DNA of 64,000 bases from a candidate division Kazan bacterium GW2011_GWA1_50_15 (GTDB taxonomy: Bacteria; Patescibacteriota; Kazan-3B-28), in the NCBI GenBank assembly GCA_001029795.1, contig CP011216.1:279128-343127 (forward strand), given 5' to 3'. The notes below the pieces were generated by a model that saw only the letters and a program-made list of their open reading frames with translations, ran no database searches and was not told the origin of the DNA. Position 1 is the first letter of the stretch. Every line of letters starts with the position of its first letter. The translations under genes were made by a program, and so were the position numbers. Shown in pieces: positions 1 through 9,270 of the stretch.

Positions 1-613
1 TGCGATTGGCTTCGATCACCGCCGCTCCCCGACCCAGGACTGAACCGTTGCCAAAAAAATCTATTAACAATTCACTCTTAACCAGTGAGTGCATTCGGGT
101 GCCGTTATCGATCAGGCGGGTTAGTGACTTATCCTTCTTGATCACGAATAGAGCAGGTTTGTGCCCTCGGCTTAGAACTGCCGCCGCCTCGGCCACGGCC
201 CGGATCATGGTTTGAACATCGCCCACGCTAGCTCGCGGCTGATCGCCAAACGATGGCAGTTTGGGCCCAGTGGTTTCCAGCACACCCTTGATCTCTGGGG
301 CGTAGAGAGCGGCGATGGCCAACAGCGCCACAACAGTCAGACTACTGGTAACAATAAAGAGAGCCCACAACCCAAGAGTGCGAGCAAGTAGAGCTAGTAA
401 TAGTAGAAAGAGAATTTTCGGGAAGATCTTGATCAGGTCGCTCCGACGGAGACGGCGATAGAGCCACCACAGCAACCCAAAAACCAAGAGGATGTCGATC
501 AGCCCCCAGAGGGTAAATTGAGCAGCCGCGCTCTGCCAAAACAACCCCGCGGTACCGGCGGCCGTATCCCAACTGAGCTGGATCTGGTCAATCAACTTCA
601 ACCACAAGTTCAT
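1..613 (-). CDS. cdaA: Diadenylate cyclase CdaA (DAC domain); C-terminus runs off the window start
   Basis: Minus-strand translation from the ATG at 613 (cat 611-613) gives 3 TM helices, then YAPEIKGVLETTGPK and GHKPALFVIKKDK...SELLIDFFGNGSVLGRGAAVI. These match the CdaA linker and DAC core (cf. B. subtilis FQPELRRALEQLGRG and RRIGALLTIERD...SELLINIF). It is absent from the ORF track because it is open to the window edge. Confidence 0.8.
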   Translation of the reverse strand, partial: MNLWLKLIDQIQLSWDTAAGTAGLFWQSAAAQFTLWGLIDILLVFGLLWWLYRRLRRSDLIKIFPKILFLLLLALLARTLGLWALFIVTSSLTVVALLAIAALYAPEIKGVLETTGPKLPSFGDQPRASVGDVQTMIRAVAEAAAVLSRGHKPALFVIKKDKSLTRLIDNGTRMHSLVKSELLIDFFGNGSVLGRGAAVIEANR

Positions 614-687
614 TCACTCTCCCTGTGTTTAACTTATCCTTCGATGCGACTCAGGACTTGTTTATAATACGACAAAAGGCAGGGATT

Positions 688-726
688 GAGAAAAGCCCCT
701 CCCCGATGTGTAGACCAGGGAGGGGC
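688..726 (-). terminator. Stem-loop (9-bp GC stem gcccctccc/gggaggggc) with a 3' U-tract on the minus strand, in the cdaA leader
   Basis: The minus-strand RNA reads gcccctccc-14nt-gggaggggc followed by uuuucuc. It is immediately followed by a TTCTCA-17-TATTAT promoter-like sequence and the cdaA SD GGGAGAG. Confidence 0.4.
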
Positions 727-835
727 GGTGTCAGTTGCCACAGCTGGGACAGCAGTGGCCAACGATACGCCCCGTCAGGGACGCGAAGAACTTGCGCCTC
801 AAGGTGCACCTCCTTGGGGAAAAATGGGTCGAGGT

Positions 836-857
836 CAGAAAAACGGCCTGGAGGCCG
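836..857 (-). terminator. Rho-independent terminator candidate downstream of the 1008-1274 gene
   Basis: The minus-strand RNA reads cggcc-ucca-ggccg followed by uuuuuc. Confidence 0.45.
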
Positions 858-1007
858 TCGCAGTTCCCTACTTTCTAAGTATAACAAAGTCGTCAAGACC
901 CCCAATCTCATCTTATCTGTCATCCTGAACTTGTTTCAGGATCCAGATGCTGGACTAAATTCAGCATGACGGGACTAGAGAGGGACATTGACGATATAAG
1001 AACCAAA

Positions 1008-1274
1008 TTACTTCTTCTTGGAGACCCAGTTGTAGACCCCGGCAAAAATCCAGCCGATGATGTAGCCAAAGACGAAGGCCACAACCAGAAGCCACAGAGC
1101 GGTGCCCCACGAGAACACACCAAAAGTTGTAGGTGCGGTCACCATATGCAGGCCCATCATCCAAGTCGCGAACTGTTGGCCCATACCGCCAGCCAAAATC
1201 AGGACCCAGATGAAGTGCATAACTACGGCAAACCACGCCACTGTTAGAGCGACCTTATGTTGGAATGCTTTCAT
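1008..1274 (-). CDS. Small membrane protein (2 predicted TM helices), unknown function
   Basis: 88-aa ORF that is strongly hydrophobic and ends in a KKK tail. No recognisable family. Confidence 0.55.
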   Translation of the reverse strand: MKAFQHKVALTVAWFAVVMHFIWVLILAGGMGQQFATWMMGLHMVTAPTTFGVFSWGTALWLLVVAFVFGYIIGWIFAGVYNWVSKKK

Positions 1275-1373
1275 AGCTCCCCCGATAAATAATATAACTG
1301 CTTTGATTATACATCAAAAAAGAGCCCTACCTGTATTCTTATCCCCCAGCGTTAAACTAGAACGACTTAACTC

Positions 1374-1407
1374 AAAAAACAGCGCCCGGAGGGATAGCCG
1401 GACGCTG
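1374..1407 (-). terminator. Rho-independent terminator after the 1486-1938 gene
   Basis: The minus-strand RNA reads cagcguccggcuaucccuccgggcgcug followed by uuuuuu. Confidence 0.5.
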
Positions 1408-1485
1408 TTGTTGTGGGGGGATGGTGGGTGGATAATATCTCCAACCCATCATAGCTATCAACAGAATTGATTAGTGCAAGCAGGG

Positions 1486-1938
1486 TCAGGCGTCAGCATG
1501 AACGGTTGTGTCAGAACTCACACCGTGACCAAACCCACCGCCGAAACCACCCACCAAGTAGAGGTACTTAGTGTCGATCCTGTTTTCAACGGCCCACTCC
1601 AGTAGCGCTTGGTGATCGGTTCGCACCCGCAGGTCCAGCTGGGCCTGGCGCTCGTCTGGCGTCATCGTTTGCCACTCAGCCGACTTGGTGAGATCGAAGT
1701 TGGCTTGGGCTTGTGTCCGAAGCTTATCCCTCTCGGTCAAGATGGCTTGCTTCTGGGCCTCGGTCAAATCGCCGCCGGCCACTAGCGCATCCAGTTTTGA
1801 TCCTAGAACGATCTCAACTCTGGCGCCGTGGCTGGTGTCAGCCCCACCTGCCGCCCGGGTGTCGGACGAAACAGTCATTCCGAATGCGGCGAGACCAGTG
1901 AGCGCTATGATCGGGAAGAAAGTAAACAATGTACCCAT
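1486..1938 (-). CDS. Secreted hypothetical protein (N-terminal signal peptide, Gly-rich C-terminus)
   Basis: 150-aa ORF whose N-terminus MGTLFTFFPIIALTGLAAFG looks like a signal peptide. A GGAGGT SD lies upstream. Confidence 0.55.
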   Translation of the reverse strand: MGTLFTFFPIIALTGLAAFGMTVSSDTRAAGGADTSHGARVEIVLGSKLDALVAGGDLTEAQKQAILTERDKLRTQAQANFDLTKSAEWQTMTPDERQAQLDLRVRTDHQALLEWAVENRIDTKYLYLVGGFGGGFGHGVSSDTTVHADA

Positions 1939-2021
1939 TTCGGTTACCTCCGCTTACTGATATGAGCATCGACCCCTGCAAAATTAAGTCCGCAGGGGTG
2001 GTCGCTCACATTACATCCCGA

Positions 2022-2417
2022 TCATTCGCTGGTTTTGCCATCGAACTCTTCCGGCTGGGCTTGAGCGTCCGCCTTGGTTGCCCTCACCGTGCCGTCGATG
2101 TGTTCTGGGGGTGAATAGAGGGTGTAAAGTTTCAAGTCCACTGCTCCGGTATTGATAACATTGTGGTTGGCGCCGGCTGGAATGATGCCTGCGTCGCCGT
2201 CTTTGACCTCGTAGATGTTACCATCAATGACCAACTGCCCGCTCCCCGCCTCAAAGCGAAAGAATTGGTCAATATCGGGATGAACCTCGGCGCCAATTTC
2301 CTCTCCGGGCTTTAAACTCATCAGCACCAGCTGGGTGTGATGGCCGGTATATAAGACCCGCCGAAAGTCGGTGTTTTGAATGGTTAGTTGTTCGATATTG
2401 TCGTAGTATCCCTTCAT
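2022..2417 (-). CDS. Cupin-fold protein
   Basis: 131 aa; G(x)5HxH...E...H-like cupin motifs (GHHTQLVLMSLKPGEEIGAEVHPDIDQFF...GANHNVINTG). Confidence 0.6.
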   Translation of the reverse strand: MKGYYDNIEQLTIQNTDFRRVLYTGHHTQLVLMSLKPGEEIGAEVHPDIDQFFRFEAGSGQLVIDGNIYEVKDGDAGIIPAGANHNVINTGAVDLKLYTLYSPPEHIDGTVRATKADAQAQPEEFDGKTSE

Positions 2418-2463
2418 TACAAAATGATTAGCGGTATGACTTTTTTATTATAGCCCCCGGATA

Positions 2464-2496
2464 AGAAAAAGGGCGGCCGATAAAAATCGGCCGCCC
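2464..2496 (-). terminator. Rho-independent terminator after the 2507-3340 gene
   Basis: gggcggccga-uaaaaa-ucggccgccc hairpin with a U-tract on the minus strand. Confidence 0.6.
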
Positions 2497-2506
2497 GTTG
2501 AATGTA

Positions 2507-3340
2507 CTATCCCAAGTCGGCGCGAGCTAAATCACAGAGCTTGGCCACGCCCGCTAGTAAGGCAAACTCCTGTGGGAAGCAGTCCACGTTGTGGGGGCCT
2601 AGGCAATACCCGTCGTTCGGGTCAACGGGGCCGCCGCCGCCTAGCTCGCAGGCGTTCCCGGGACAACGAAGGTAGACACCGAAGTACTGGCCGAAAGAGC
2701 AGCAACATTCATGGCCTAGCAACTCAAGTTTGCCACCTACCATCCAGCGATACATACTGGCGATGGCCTGCTCGACAATGGGAACCCGCTGGGTTTGGGG
2801 TTGGGCAGCGATCCATCTGGCCAGAGTGGGAGTGATGCTAATGCCCACCCCCAATTCGTTGTAGCCCCCCGTGTAACAGATGTCTTCCACTACGACCAGC
2901 TGTCTGTGGCGACCCTTGGGCTTGGGGATGTTGTCATCGCCCCCTATCAGCCAAAGAGAATTACACAGCCAATTGAGAGTCGTGGCATGAGCCCGTCCCC
3001 GCTCTTTCTCCTGATGCCCGGGTAAGTAAAACCGGCACACCCAGCCCTGCTCGTCATGTTGATAGGAGAAACAGGTATTCTGAAAACCGAATGCCCCGTC
3101 GGTCTCCTTGGGTTCCGTTAACGAGGGTAGCGTAAACTGTTCGGCTATCCTTATCATCTTTTCCCGGTAGAGGTTAGCTGGTGGCTCTGCCTTTTTCTCG
3201 CGCAAGGAACTAACTCGCTTTGTCAGACTACCTACCACTGCCGGCCATATGGTGGGATGAACTGTGACGGCAATAACATTCGGTTCTTCAAAAGACAAAC
3301 CATACCATTCGGGCCTGTCCCAGGCACTGTTCGCGTGCAT
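2507..3340 (-). CDS. Cys-rich hypothetical protein, possibly metal-binding
   Basis: 277 aa; the C-terminal third has HECCCSFG...RCPGNACELGGGGP...YCLGPHNVDC. A GGAGGTG SD is upstream. No family recognised. Confidence 0.55.
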   Translation of the reverse strand: MHANSAWDRPEWYGLSFEEPNVIAVTVHPTIWPAVVGSLTKRVSSLREKKAEPPANLYREKMIRIAEQFTLPSLTEPKETDGAFGFQNTCFSYQHDEQGWVCRFYLPGHQEKERGRAHATTLNWLCNSLWLIGGDDNIPKPKGRHRQLVVVEDICYTGGYNELGVGISITPTLARWIAAQPQTQRVPIVEQAIASMYRWMVGGKLELLGHECCCSFGQYFGVYLRCPGNACELGGGGPVDPNDGYCLGPHNVDCFPQEFALLAGVAKLCDLARADLG

Positions 3341-3409
3341 CTATACACCTCCATACAAATTTTGAAGGGACAGCTTGCCCCCTCCAAGACACCGACATTG
3401 TACCACGGG

Positions 3410-4135
3410 CTACAGACCAGCCAGACGGATAACCAAGAACAGAACGCCGGCACCAAGCAAAGTCATCAGCGTGGTCAAAAACTTCGGATGAGCGTGGTGA
3501 CTCTCGGGGATAAGATCGCTCGCCCCGATGTAGAGAAAGAAGCCGGCAAAGACGGCTAAGATGACACCGAGCAGATGTTCGGGTAGAGCGAAGAACAAAG
3601 TCGATGTGATACCCGCTACCGGCGCGACGGCATCCACCATTAACCACTTGAAAGCCATGCGACTATCTTTGGAGTGCTTCAGTAAAACATTGACCGTGTT
3701 GATGCCATCGGAGAAGTCATGGGTCAAGACCGCCACAGCGACTATCAGCCCGACTGCGGACGAGACCTGAAAGCCGACACCGATAGCCACACCGTCTAAG
3801 AAACTATGCACGGCCAGCGTGCTGCCGCCTAAAATCCCACGTCGAGGAGCCGTATGGCCGTGTTCGTCGCTGTCATGATGATGCAATAACACCCACCGGT
3901 CCAAAACTAAGTAGGTCAAAAACCCTGTGGCGATGAAGGCAGCGATAGCGGAGGTAGAGTAAAACTGCTGACCGAGATCCACGGCCTCGGGGATAAGGTC
4001 AAAGAATGCCACCCCGATAACAGCCCCGGCCGAAAACCCCAAGATGAGATGGAGTTTATCCTTGAACCGCAGTGCCAACCAGCCACCCAGCAGGGTAGCG
4101 GCAAATGCGGCGATGGCGATCAAGATTAACATCAT
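3410..4135 (-). CDS. zupT: ZIP family divalent metal transporter (ZupT-like)
   Basis: 241 aa with a His-rich loop HHHDSDEHGH and HSFLDGVAIG / HDFSDG motifs typical of ZIP/ZupT. Confidence 0.8.
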   Translation of the reverse strand: MMLILIAIAAFAATLLGGWLALRFKDKLHLILGFSAGAVIGVAFFDLIPEAVDLGQQFYSTSAIAAFIATGFLTYLVLDRWVLLHHHDSDEHGHTAPRRGILGGSTLAVHSFLDGVAIGVGFQVSSAVGLIVAVAVLTHDFSDGINTVNVLLKHSKDSRMAFKWLMVDAVAPVAGITSTLFFALPEHLLGVILAVFAGFFLYIGASDLIPESHHAHPKFLTTLMTLLGAGVLFLVIRLAGL

Positions 4136-4158
4136 CGGTACTTAGAACTTATCACATC

Positions 4159-5460
4159 TTATTCGTACCGCAGAGCGTCGATAGGGTTTTTCCGGGCGGC
4201 TCTAACGGCTGGCGAGACACCGGCCAAGAATGCTACCGCGATAATGGCGGCAATAATGCCGGCTATTAGCGTGATCGGGAAAGCCAGTAGGTCGAGCCCG
4301 GGGAAATCCTTCAGAAAACCGTTTGAGGCAATACGATTAATTATCATGGCCGAACCGATGGCCGCGCCGGTACCCAACACACTCCCCCAGAATCCCAAGA
4401 GAGCCGCTTCGGTGCTGAACAGTAAAAATATCCGCGACCCGCTCATGCCCATAGATTTCATCAAGCCGATCTCCTTGGTCCGCTCCTGCACCGCCATTAG
4501 AAGAGTGTTGATGATGCCAAAGGCAGCGGCCAAAAGCGCGATCAGACCGAACATATTGAACACTACCACAATGCCATCCACCACCTGCCTGACGATACCG
4601 ATACGGTCCGACACGGTCTGAGGTAGATAACCCTTATTGGTCAGCCGTTGCTTTAAAGCCGTCAAGTCGTCCGAACTAATGTTTGGGTCAATATGAGCGC
4701 TGGCCGCTGCGTACCGTTTGGCTAGATTCTCTGGTAACCCCTCAGTTTGTAGATTAAATAGTCCTTGGGCAGCGGCTGTGTTAAGGCCCACTCCAGTGGC
4801 CAAAGAGATAAGAGTTTTTTGTTGGACCCCAGCTACCTCCGCATAGACTTCAACTACCTCACCAGTTGGTTTGGTAATCCCGATCATGACCCGGCCACCT
4901 ACTGCCGCATCGTTGTCCGCAAACCCTAGTGAGTTCACAAAACTGACTGGCAGGACCACTTGATAATCCTTGGCGGAGTGGTCGGGCTGACTGCCTGACA
5001 GTAGGTCGAGTTTGGCGCCGCGCGGATAGAGCGAGGCCTGCAGTTGGTATTTGTGATTATTGGGCCCTTCAATATAGTCCGGGGCCACCGAGAAATACGG
5101 CTGGACCTCGGCCAGGTCCGGGTCCTCTTCAAGGATAGCCAGATCATTAGGGGTAAGCATATTAAAAGCCACTCCCGGACCGGCGACGGTGCTGGCCTTC
5201 TGTTTGGACGGGTTGTAGCGTTTGGGCGCTTCGCCAGAGGAGAAACTTTGGCTCTCCTGTTGGGCTTGGATGATAAGCAGGTCTTTGGGTCCGACATTGC
5301 CCAGCTGGCGGTCGATGTAGTCAGAGATACCGGCGCCAACCCCGTTAGTCAAAGTCAGGGTAAAGGTGCCGATAAAGATGGCCAGGATAGTCAGGGCAGT
5401 TCGGGTCTTGTTCCGACCGAGATTGCCGGCGGCCGTTAAAAAGATATCAAATAGTTTCAT
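4159..5460 (-). CDS. ABC transporter permease, FtsX/MacB-like (N-terminal TM, large periplasmic domain, C-terminal 3 TM)
   Basis: 433 aa; the N-terminus LGRNKTRTALTILAIFIGTFTLTLT and the C-terminal FtsX-type TM bundle. It overlaps the upstream ATPase gene by 4 nt. Confidence 0.8.
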   Translation of the reverse strand: MKLFDIFLTAAGNLGRNKTRTALTILAIFIGTFTLTLTNGVGAGISDYIDRQLGNVGPKDLLIIQAQQESQSFSSGEAPKRYNPSKQKASTVAGPGVAFNMLTPNDLAILEEDPDLAEVQPYFSVAPDYIEGPNNHKYQLQASLYPRGAKLDLLSGSQPDHSAKDYQVVLPVSFVNSLGFADNDAAVGGRVMIGITKPTGEVVEVYAEVAGVQQKTLISLATGVGLNTAAAQGLFNLQTEGLPENLAKRYAAASAHIDPNISSDDLTALKQRLTNKGYLPQTVSDRIGIVRQVVDGIVVVFNMFGLIALLAAAFGIINTLLMAVQERTKEIGLMKSMGMSGSRIFLLFSTEAALLGFWGSVLGTGAAIGSAMIINRIASNGFLKDFPGLDLLAFPITLIAGIIAAIIAVAFLAGVSPAVRAARKNPIDALRYE

Positions 5461-6149
5461 TGCGCCACCTCCGGTAGCAGTTGACCGTCACGCATATCCA
5501 GTCGGCGATGGCACCGGCGGGACAGGTCTTCGTCATGAGTAACGATAACCAAAGTAATCCCCTGCTGGTTCAAACTAAACAGCAGGTCTTCGATCAATCG
5601 GCCGGTGGCGCTATCGAGATTGCCCGTCGGTTCATCCGCGAAGATGACCAATGGATTATTGATCAGCGCCCGAGCGATGACTAGCCGCTGTTTTTGGCCG
5701 CCGCTCAAATGATTAGCCCGGGCATTGGCCTTATCCAGTAGTTCAACTGCCCGCAATGCCTCCAGCCCTCTTGTCCGCCGTTCCCGCGCTCCCACGCCAG
5801 CGATCTTGAGCGGCAAAATCACATTTTCCAAAACCGTATTGTCAGCGTTCATAAAAAACTGCTGGAAGACAAACCCAAAATGCTTGTTCCGAAGATTATC
5901 CAATAGACGTGGCTTGGCGCGAGTGATGTCTCGGCCCCCCACCAAGACCGCCCCGTTAGTCGGTTTGTCCAGCGAGGCCAAAATATGCATTAGCGTGGAT
6001 TTGCCGGAACCGCTTTTACCAACAATGGCAATACTCTCCCCGCTGGCGATGCTCAAGGACACGCCTCGAAGGGCCGGGAACGCAAACTCGCCCGTTCCGT
6101 AGATCTTGGTCAGGCCTCTGGCTTCAAGAATGGGAGTGTTGTTGGACAT
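5457..6149 (-). CDS. ABC transporter ATP-binding protein (MacB/LolD-type)
   Basis: 230 aa with Walker A GKSGSGKST, signature LSGGQKQR and Walker B VIFADEPTGNLD. Confidence 0.85.
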   Translation of the reverse strand: MSNNTPILEARGLTKIYGTGEFAFPALRGVSLSIASGESIAIVGKSGSGKSTLMHILASLDKPTNGAVLVGGRDITRAKPRLLDNLRNKHFGFVFQQFFMNADNTVLENVILPLKIAGVGARERRTRGLEALRAVELLDKANARANHLSGGQKQRLVIARALINNPLVIFADEPTGNLDSATGRLIEDLLFSLNQQGITLVIVTHDEDLSRRCHRRLDMRDGQLLPEVAQ

Positions 6150-6267
6150 AAGAGAAAAACCTAATCCGACTAGCGCTGGGAGATACTCCCCCGCTATCCG
6201 TCAACGGCTCCCAGTATAACACAAAAAAGACCTTCTGGGAAAGGGTTTCTAGGAGCTGTGGGGCTAG

Positions 6268-6441
6268 TTAACCGGCCAAGAAACGGAATGCTTGGTAGAC
6301 CAAGAAGGCCGGCCAGACAAGGGCTTTAAGAAAGCCCAGTACTCCGCCCCAAAAAGTGGTGGCAGCACCAATAAAATAGACAGCAGCTCCTATCAGTCCG
6401 AGGCTGTAGACAGCACTGCTGGCATGATGCATCTTTGTCAT
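6268..6441 (-). CDS. Small hydrophobic protein (57 aa), start trimmed to avoid tRNA-Trp
   Basis: The track ORF 6268-6519 overlaps tRNA-Trp. The internal start MTKMHHASS at 6441 gives a 2-TM miniprotein. Confidence 0.35.
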   Translation of the reverse strand: MTKMHHASSAVYSLGLIGAAVYFIGAATTFWGGVLGFLKALVWPAFLVYQAFRFLAG

Positions 6442-6469
6442 AGTTATGTTGGGGAGAGATTGTACGAGT

Positions 6470-6543
6470 TGGCAGGGGCGGCAGGAATCGAACCCGCATT
6501 CTGGATTTTGGAGACCCATGTCCTACCATTGAACGACGCCCCT
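6470..6543 (-). tRNA. tRNA-Trp (anticodon CCA)
   Basis: Manual fold: acceptor AGGGGCG/CGCCCCU, anticodon loop CUCCAAA, T-loop UUCGAUU, discriminator G, CCA encoded. Confidence 0.85.
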
Positions 6544-6653
6544 ATAGGCATAGCATACAGTATGCAGGGGTTAGTATCTAGTCAAGAAACCAGCTTCTGA
6601 CGCTGGTTCCTGATGCTCCCCCGTATTAGATACTAGATACTGAATGCTAGATA

Positions 6654-6836
6654 CTATTTGGTTTCTTTATGCGGAGTGCGTTTCTTGCAGATAGTGCAGA
6701 ACTTGCTCCGCTCCAAACGATCCGGGGTGTTCTTAGGGTTCTTGCGGGTTGAGTAAGACGCCCGTTTGCAGACGGTGCACATCAGCTTGATAATGGGGCG
6801 CTTAACTTTTCTGGTGACTTTGCCTTTTTTGGCCAT
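6654..6836 (-). CDS. rpmG: 50S ribosomal protein L33
   Basis: 60 aa with a CxxC...CxxC Zn-ribbon (CTVCKR...CTICKK), typical of L33. Confidence 0.85.
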   Translation of the reverse strand: MAKKGKVTRKVKRPIIKLMCTVCKRASYSTRKNPKNTPDRLERSKFCTICKKRTPHKETK

Positions 6837-6894
6837 AGGAGTGGTATATCCTGATCCGCCAGCTGGCGGAAAGTTCAGGATGACAATATGAGGG

Positions 6895-7650
6895 TTATAC
6901 TTTCTTAACCTGCAGGAAGTCCAGTTCTACTGGGGTTTCACGGCCGAAGATAGAGACCAGCACTTTGATCTTGCCGCGCTCTTCATCCACCTCGGAAACC
7001 GTGCCGTCGTAGTTCTTGAAGGGACCGTCGTTGATGTGAACCAAGTCTCCCACCCGCAGGTCGATCTTGTACTTGGGCTCCTCCACCGCCATCCGTTTGA
7101 GGATGGTCTTAATCTCGGTATCGGAGACGGGCACCGGCACTGTACCGGAACCGATGAAGCCGGTAACATTCGGGGTATTGCGGACGACATACCAGCTATC
7201 TTCCGTCACGTTCATATTCACCAGCACATAGCCGGGAAAGATCTTTTTCTCCACGGTCTTGCGCTTGCCAGCCCGGATCTCGATCTGGTTCTCTTTGGGG
7301 ACTAGCACGTCAAAAATCTTATCCTGCATATCCAGGGAAGCGATACGCTGTTTTAAGCTCTCGGCCACCGCATCTTCGTAGCCGGAGTAGGTGTGCAGAA
7401 CATACCATTGGCCCGGCCATTTGGTGCTGGCAGTGGAGGCGTCCACCGCCGGAGCGATGGTCGGCTCGGGAGCGACCTCCTCCTCGTCCTTTTCTAAGGT
7501 ATCTCCTCCGTTCGTCGGAGAATCATTATCAGCGATCTCTTCTGGTCCCGGGGCTGGCGCCGCTTCCTCCATTGGTACTACATCATCCCCTATGACAGGG
7601 GTCGCTGTCTCGTCTGCGGGCTGGATGGGTTCTAACTGATCGTCGTTCAT
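6895..7650 (-). CDS. nusG: Transcription antiterminator NusG with a ~75-aa acidic N-terminal extension
   Basis: The NGN domain ([11 protein letters not shown]) and KOW ([18 protein letters not shown]) are recognisable. The N-terminal 75 aa are D/E/P-rich low complexity. Confidence 0.9.
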   Translation of the reverse strand: MNDDQLEPIQPADETATPVIGDDVVPMEEAAPAPGPEEIADNDSPTNGGDTLEKDEEEVAPEPTIAPAVDASTASTKWPGQWYVLHTYSGYEDAVAESLKQRIASLDMQDKIFDVLVPKENQIEIRAGKRKTVEKKIFPGYVLVNMNVTEDSWYVVRNTPNVTGFIGSGTVPVPVSDTEIKTILKRMAVEEPKYKIDLRVGDLVHINDGPFKNYDGTVSEVDEERGKIKVLVSIFGRETPVELDFLQVKKV

Positions 7651-7658
7651 AAAACTAC

Positions 7659-7919
7659 TTATTGGGCTGGTGTGGTTTGGATGTCCCCAACATTGATGTC
7701 GGGGGCGGTAACGGTTTGGCCGCTGGAGCTTTGCGACAAGGTGGTCAGATATTTAACTCCGGCAGTGAACAGGTAGTCTACGCCGCCGGTAAAGATAGTA
7801 AACAACAACGAGATGCCCAACACGGCCAGCGTCAGGTTTATGACTGTGCGTTGGCTTGGCCAACTGACTTTGCTAAGCTCGGTCCTGGCTTCGTGCAAAA
7901 ATTTGATGATAGGTTTCAT
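7659..7919 (-). CDS. secE: Preprotein translocase subunit SecE
   Basis: 86 aa with a single C-terminal TM helix; it sits immediately upstream of nusG. Confidence 0.8.
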   Translation of the reverse strand: MKPIIKFLHEARTELSKVSWPSQRTVINLTLAVLGISLLFTIFTGGVDYLFTAGVKYLTTLSQSSSGQTVTAPDINVGDIQTTPAQ

Positions 7920-8060
7920 CCCAAATCAGAATAATGAATTATGAATAGTGAATTATGGATAAACCGTAAACCACAGAAAAAAGAAAGAGATTCTGAACGA
8001 TTAAGATTGATGCTTCTGATATTAACCATGATTCCTAATTCGTGATTCATGATTCCAGTA

Positions 8061-8474
8061 TTATCGCTTGGAAAACTGCGGCGCACGGCGGGCGCGCTTC
8101 AGACCGAATTTCTTGCGTTCTTTGGCGCGGGCATCGCGGGTTAATAGACCAGCCTTTTTCAAAGAGGTTTTTAGGTCAACGTCGAAAGCGACTAAGGCCC
8201 GAGCTATCCCGTGCCGGACGGCTTCAGCCTGCGCGGCGATGCCGCCGCCCGAAACTCTGGCTGACACATCAAATGATTTTTGCATTCCTGTCAGCTTGAG
8301 CGGTTCGATTACCACCTCGGTCAGATGGGCTGGGTTGAAATAATGATCGCCTTTTTGATTATTAACGACTAATTTACCGTCTTTACCTTTATATAATCTA
8401 ACTCGCGCGGTGGCGGTTTTGCGACGGCCAGTGCCGTAAAAATACTGACCTGTAAATACGTGTGTACTTTCCAT
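8061..8474 (-). CDS. rpsI: 30S ribosomal protein S9
   Basis: [10 protein letters not shown] ... ends in KR. Confidence 0.9.
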   Translation of the reverse strand: MESTHVFTGQYFYGTGRRKTATARVRLYKGKDGKLVVNNQKGDHYFNPAHLTEVVIEPLKLTGMQKSFDVSARVSGGGIAAQAEAVRHGIARALVAFDVDLKTSLKKAGLLTRDARAKERKKFGLKRARRAPQFSKR

Positions 8475-8476
8475 AG

Positions 8477-8911
8477 TTATAGTTTCACTTGAACCGGCTG
8501 CTGGCCCTCGTGCGGGTGGGCAGCATCTGCGTAGATCTTGAGTCTCCCCAACATTACCTTTCTCAGCTTATTTTTTGGCAACATTCCGGAGACGGCCTGT
8601 CCCAATACCTTGGTTGGCTGTTTGGCCATCATCATCGCAACCGAGCGAGTTTTAAGATGGCCCAAATAACCGGTGTGGTGAGAATAGGTTTTGTCGCTAG
8701 TTTTCTTACCGCTGAACTTGACTGCTTGGGCATTGATCACCACCACGTTAGTCTTGGCATCCACCGCTGAATTGTACTGGGGTTGGTCCTTGCCCATCAA
8801 TAGTTTGGCAATGGCGGTAGCCACTCGCCCCACGATCTGACCATCGGCGTCGACTAACAGCCAACGCTCTGGTAGCAAGGGAGATGAGATGTGGGGAGTT
8901 GATTTATACAT
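8477..8911 (-). CDS. rplM: 50S ribosomal protein L13
   Basis: [25 protein letters not shown] motif. Confidence 0.9.
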   Translation of the reverse strand: MYKSTPHISSPLLPERWLLVDADGQIVGRVATAIAKLLMGKDQPQYNSAVDAKTNVVVINAQAVKFSGKKTSDKTYSHHTGYLGHLKTRSVAMMMAKQPTKVLGQAVSGMLPKNKLRKVMLGRLKIYADAAHPHEGQQPVQVKL

Positions 8912-8913
8912 AG

Positions 8914-9267
8914 CTAGACGAATTCAATGATGGCCACCGGAGCGGCATCGCCAGCCCGAAAGCCTTTCTTGACTACCCGGACATAGCCACCGACCCGATC
9001 TTTGTAGCGAGGAGCTAAAACCTGAGTCATCTTTTTGACCACGATTTGATTATTGTACAACTCCTTCAGCAACCGCTGTTTGGCCGCTAGGCTACCCAAT
9101 TTAGCAGTGGTCATTAGTTTTTCAATATGAGGCTTCAGGGTTTTCGCTTTAGCCTCCGTAGTTTCGATCCGCTCGTGCAGGATGAGGGCAGTTAGAAGAC
9201 TGCGCACCAAAGCTGTGCGCTGACGCCTTACCCGACCTAGTTTTCTGCCTGCTACGCGGTGTCTCAT
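8914..9267 (-). CDS. rplQ: 50S ribosomal protein L17
   Basis: MRHRVAGRKLGR...LLTALILHERIETT. Confidence 0.9.
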   Translation of the reverse strand: MRHRVAGRKLGRVRRQRTALVRSLLTALILHERIETTEAKAKTLKPHIEKLMTTAKLGSLAAKQRLLKELYNNQIVVKKMTQVLAPRYKDRVGGYVRVVKKGFRAGDAAPVAIIEFV

Positions 9268-9270
9268 GGT

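Noticed and set aside
342-572. 76-aa minus-strand ORF and the 6-215 plus-strand ORF
   Set aside because: Both lie inside or antisense to the much better supported cdaA reading frame (DAC domain homology). They are out of frame or antisense, with no independent support.
625-969. Plus-strand ORFs 625-969 and 686-928, and minus-strand ORF 651-923, in the cdaA leader
   Set aside because: They have Arg/Gly/Ser-rich nonsense composition typical of GC-rich non-coding sequence. The region is better explained as a structured leader with hairpins.
6268-6519. 83-aa ORF as listed in the track
   Set aside because: Its first 26 codons overlap tRNA-Trp (6470-6543). It was trimmed to the internal Met at 6441, and even the trimmed ORF is low confidence.
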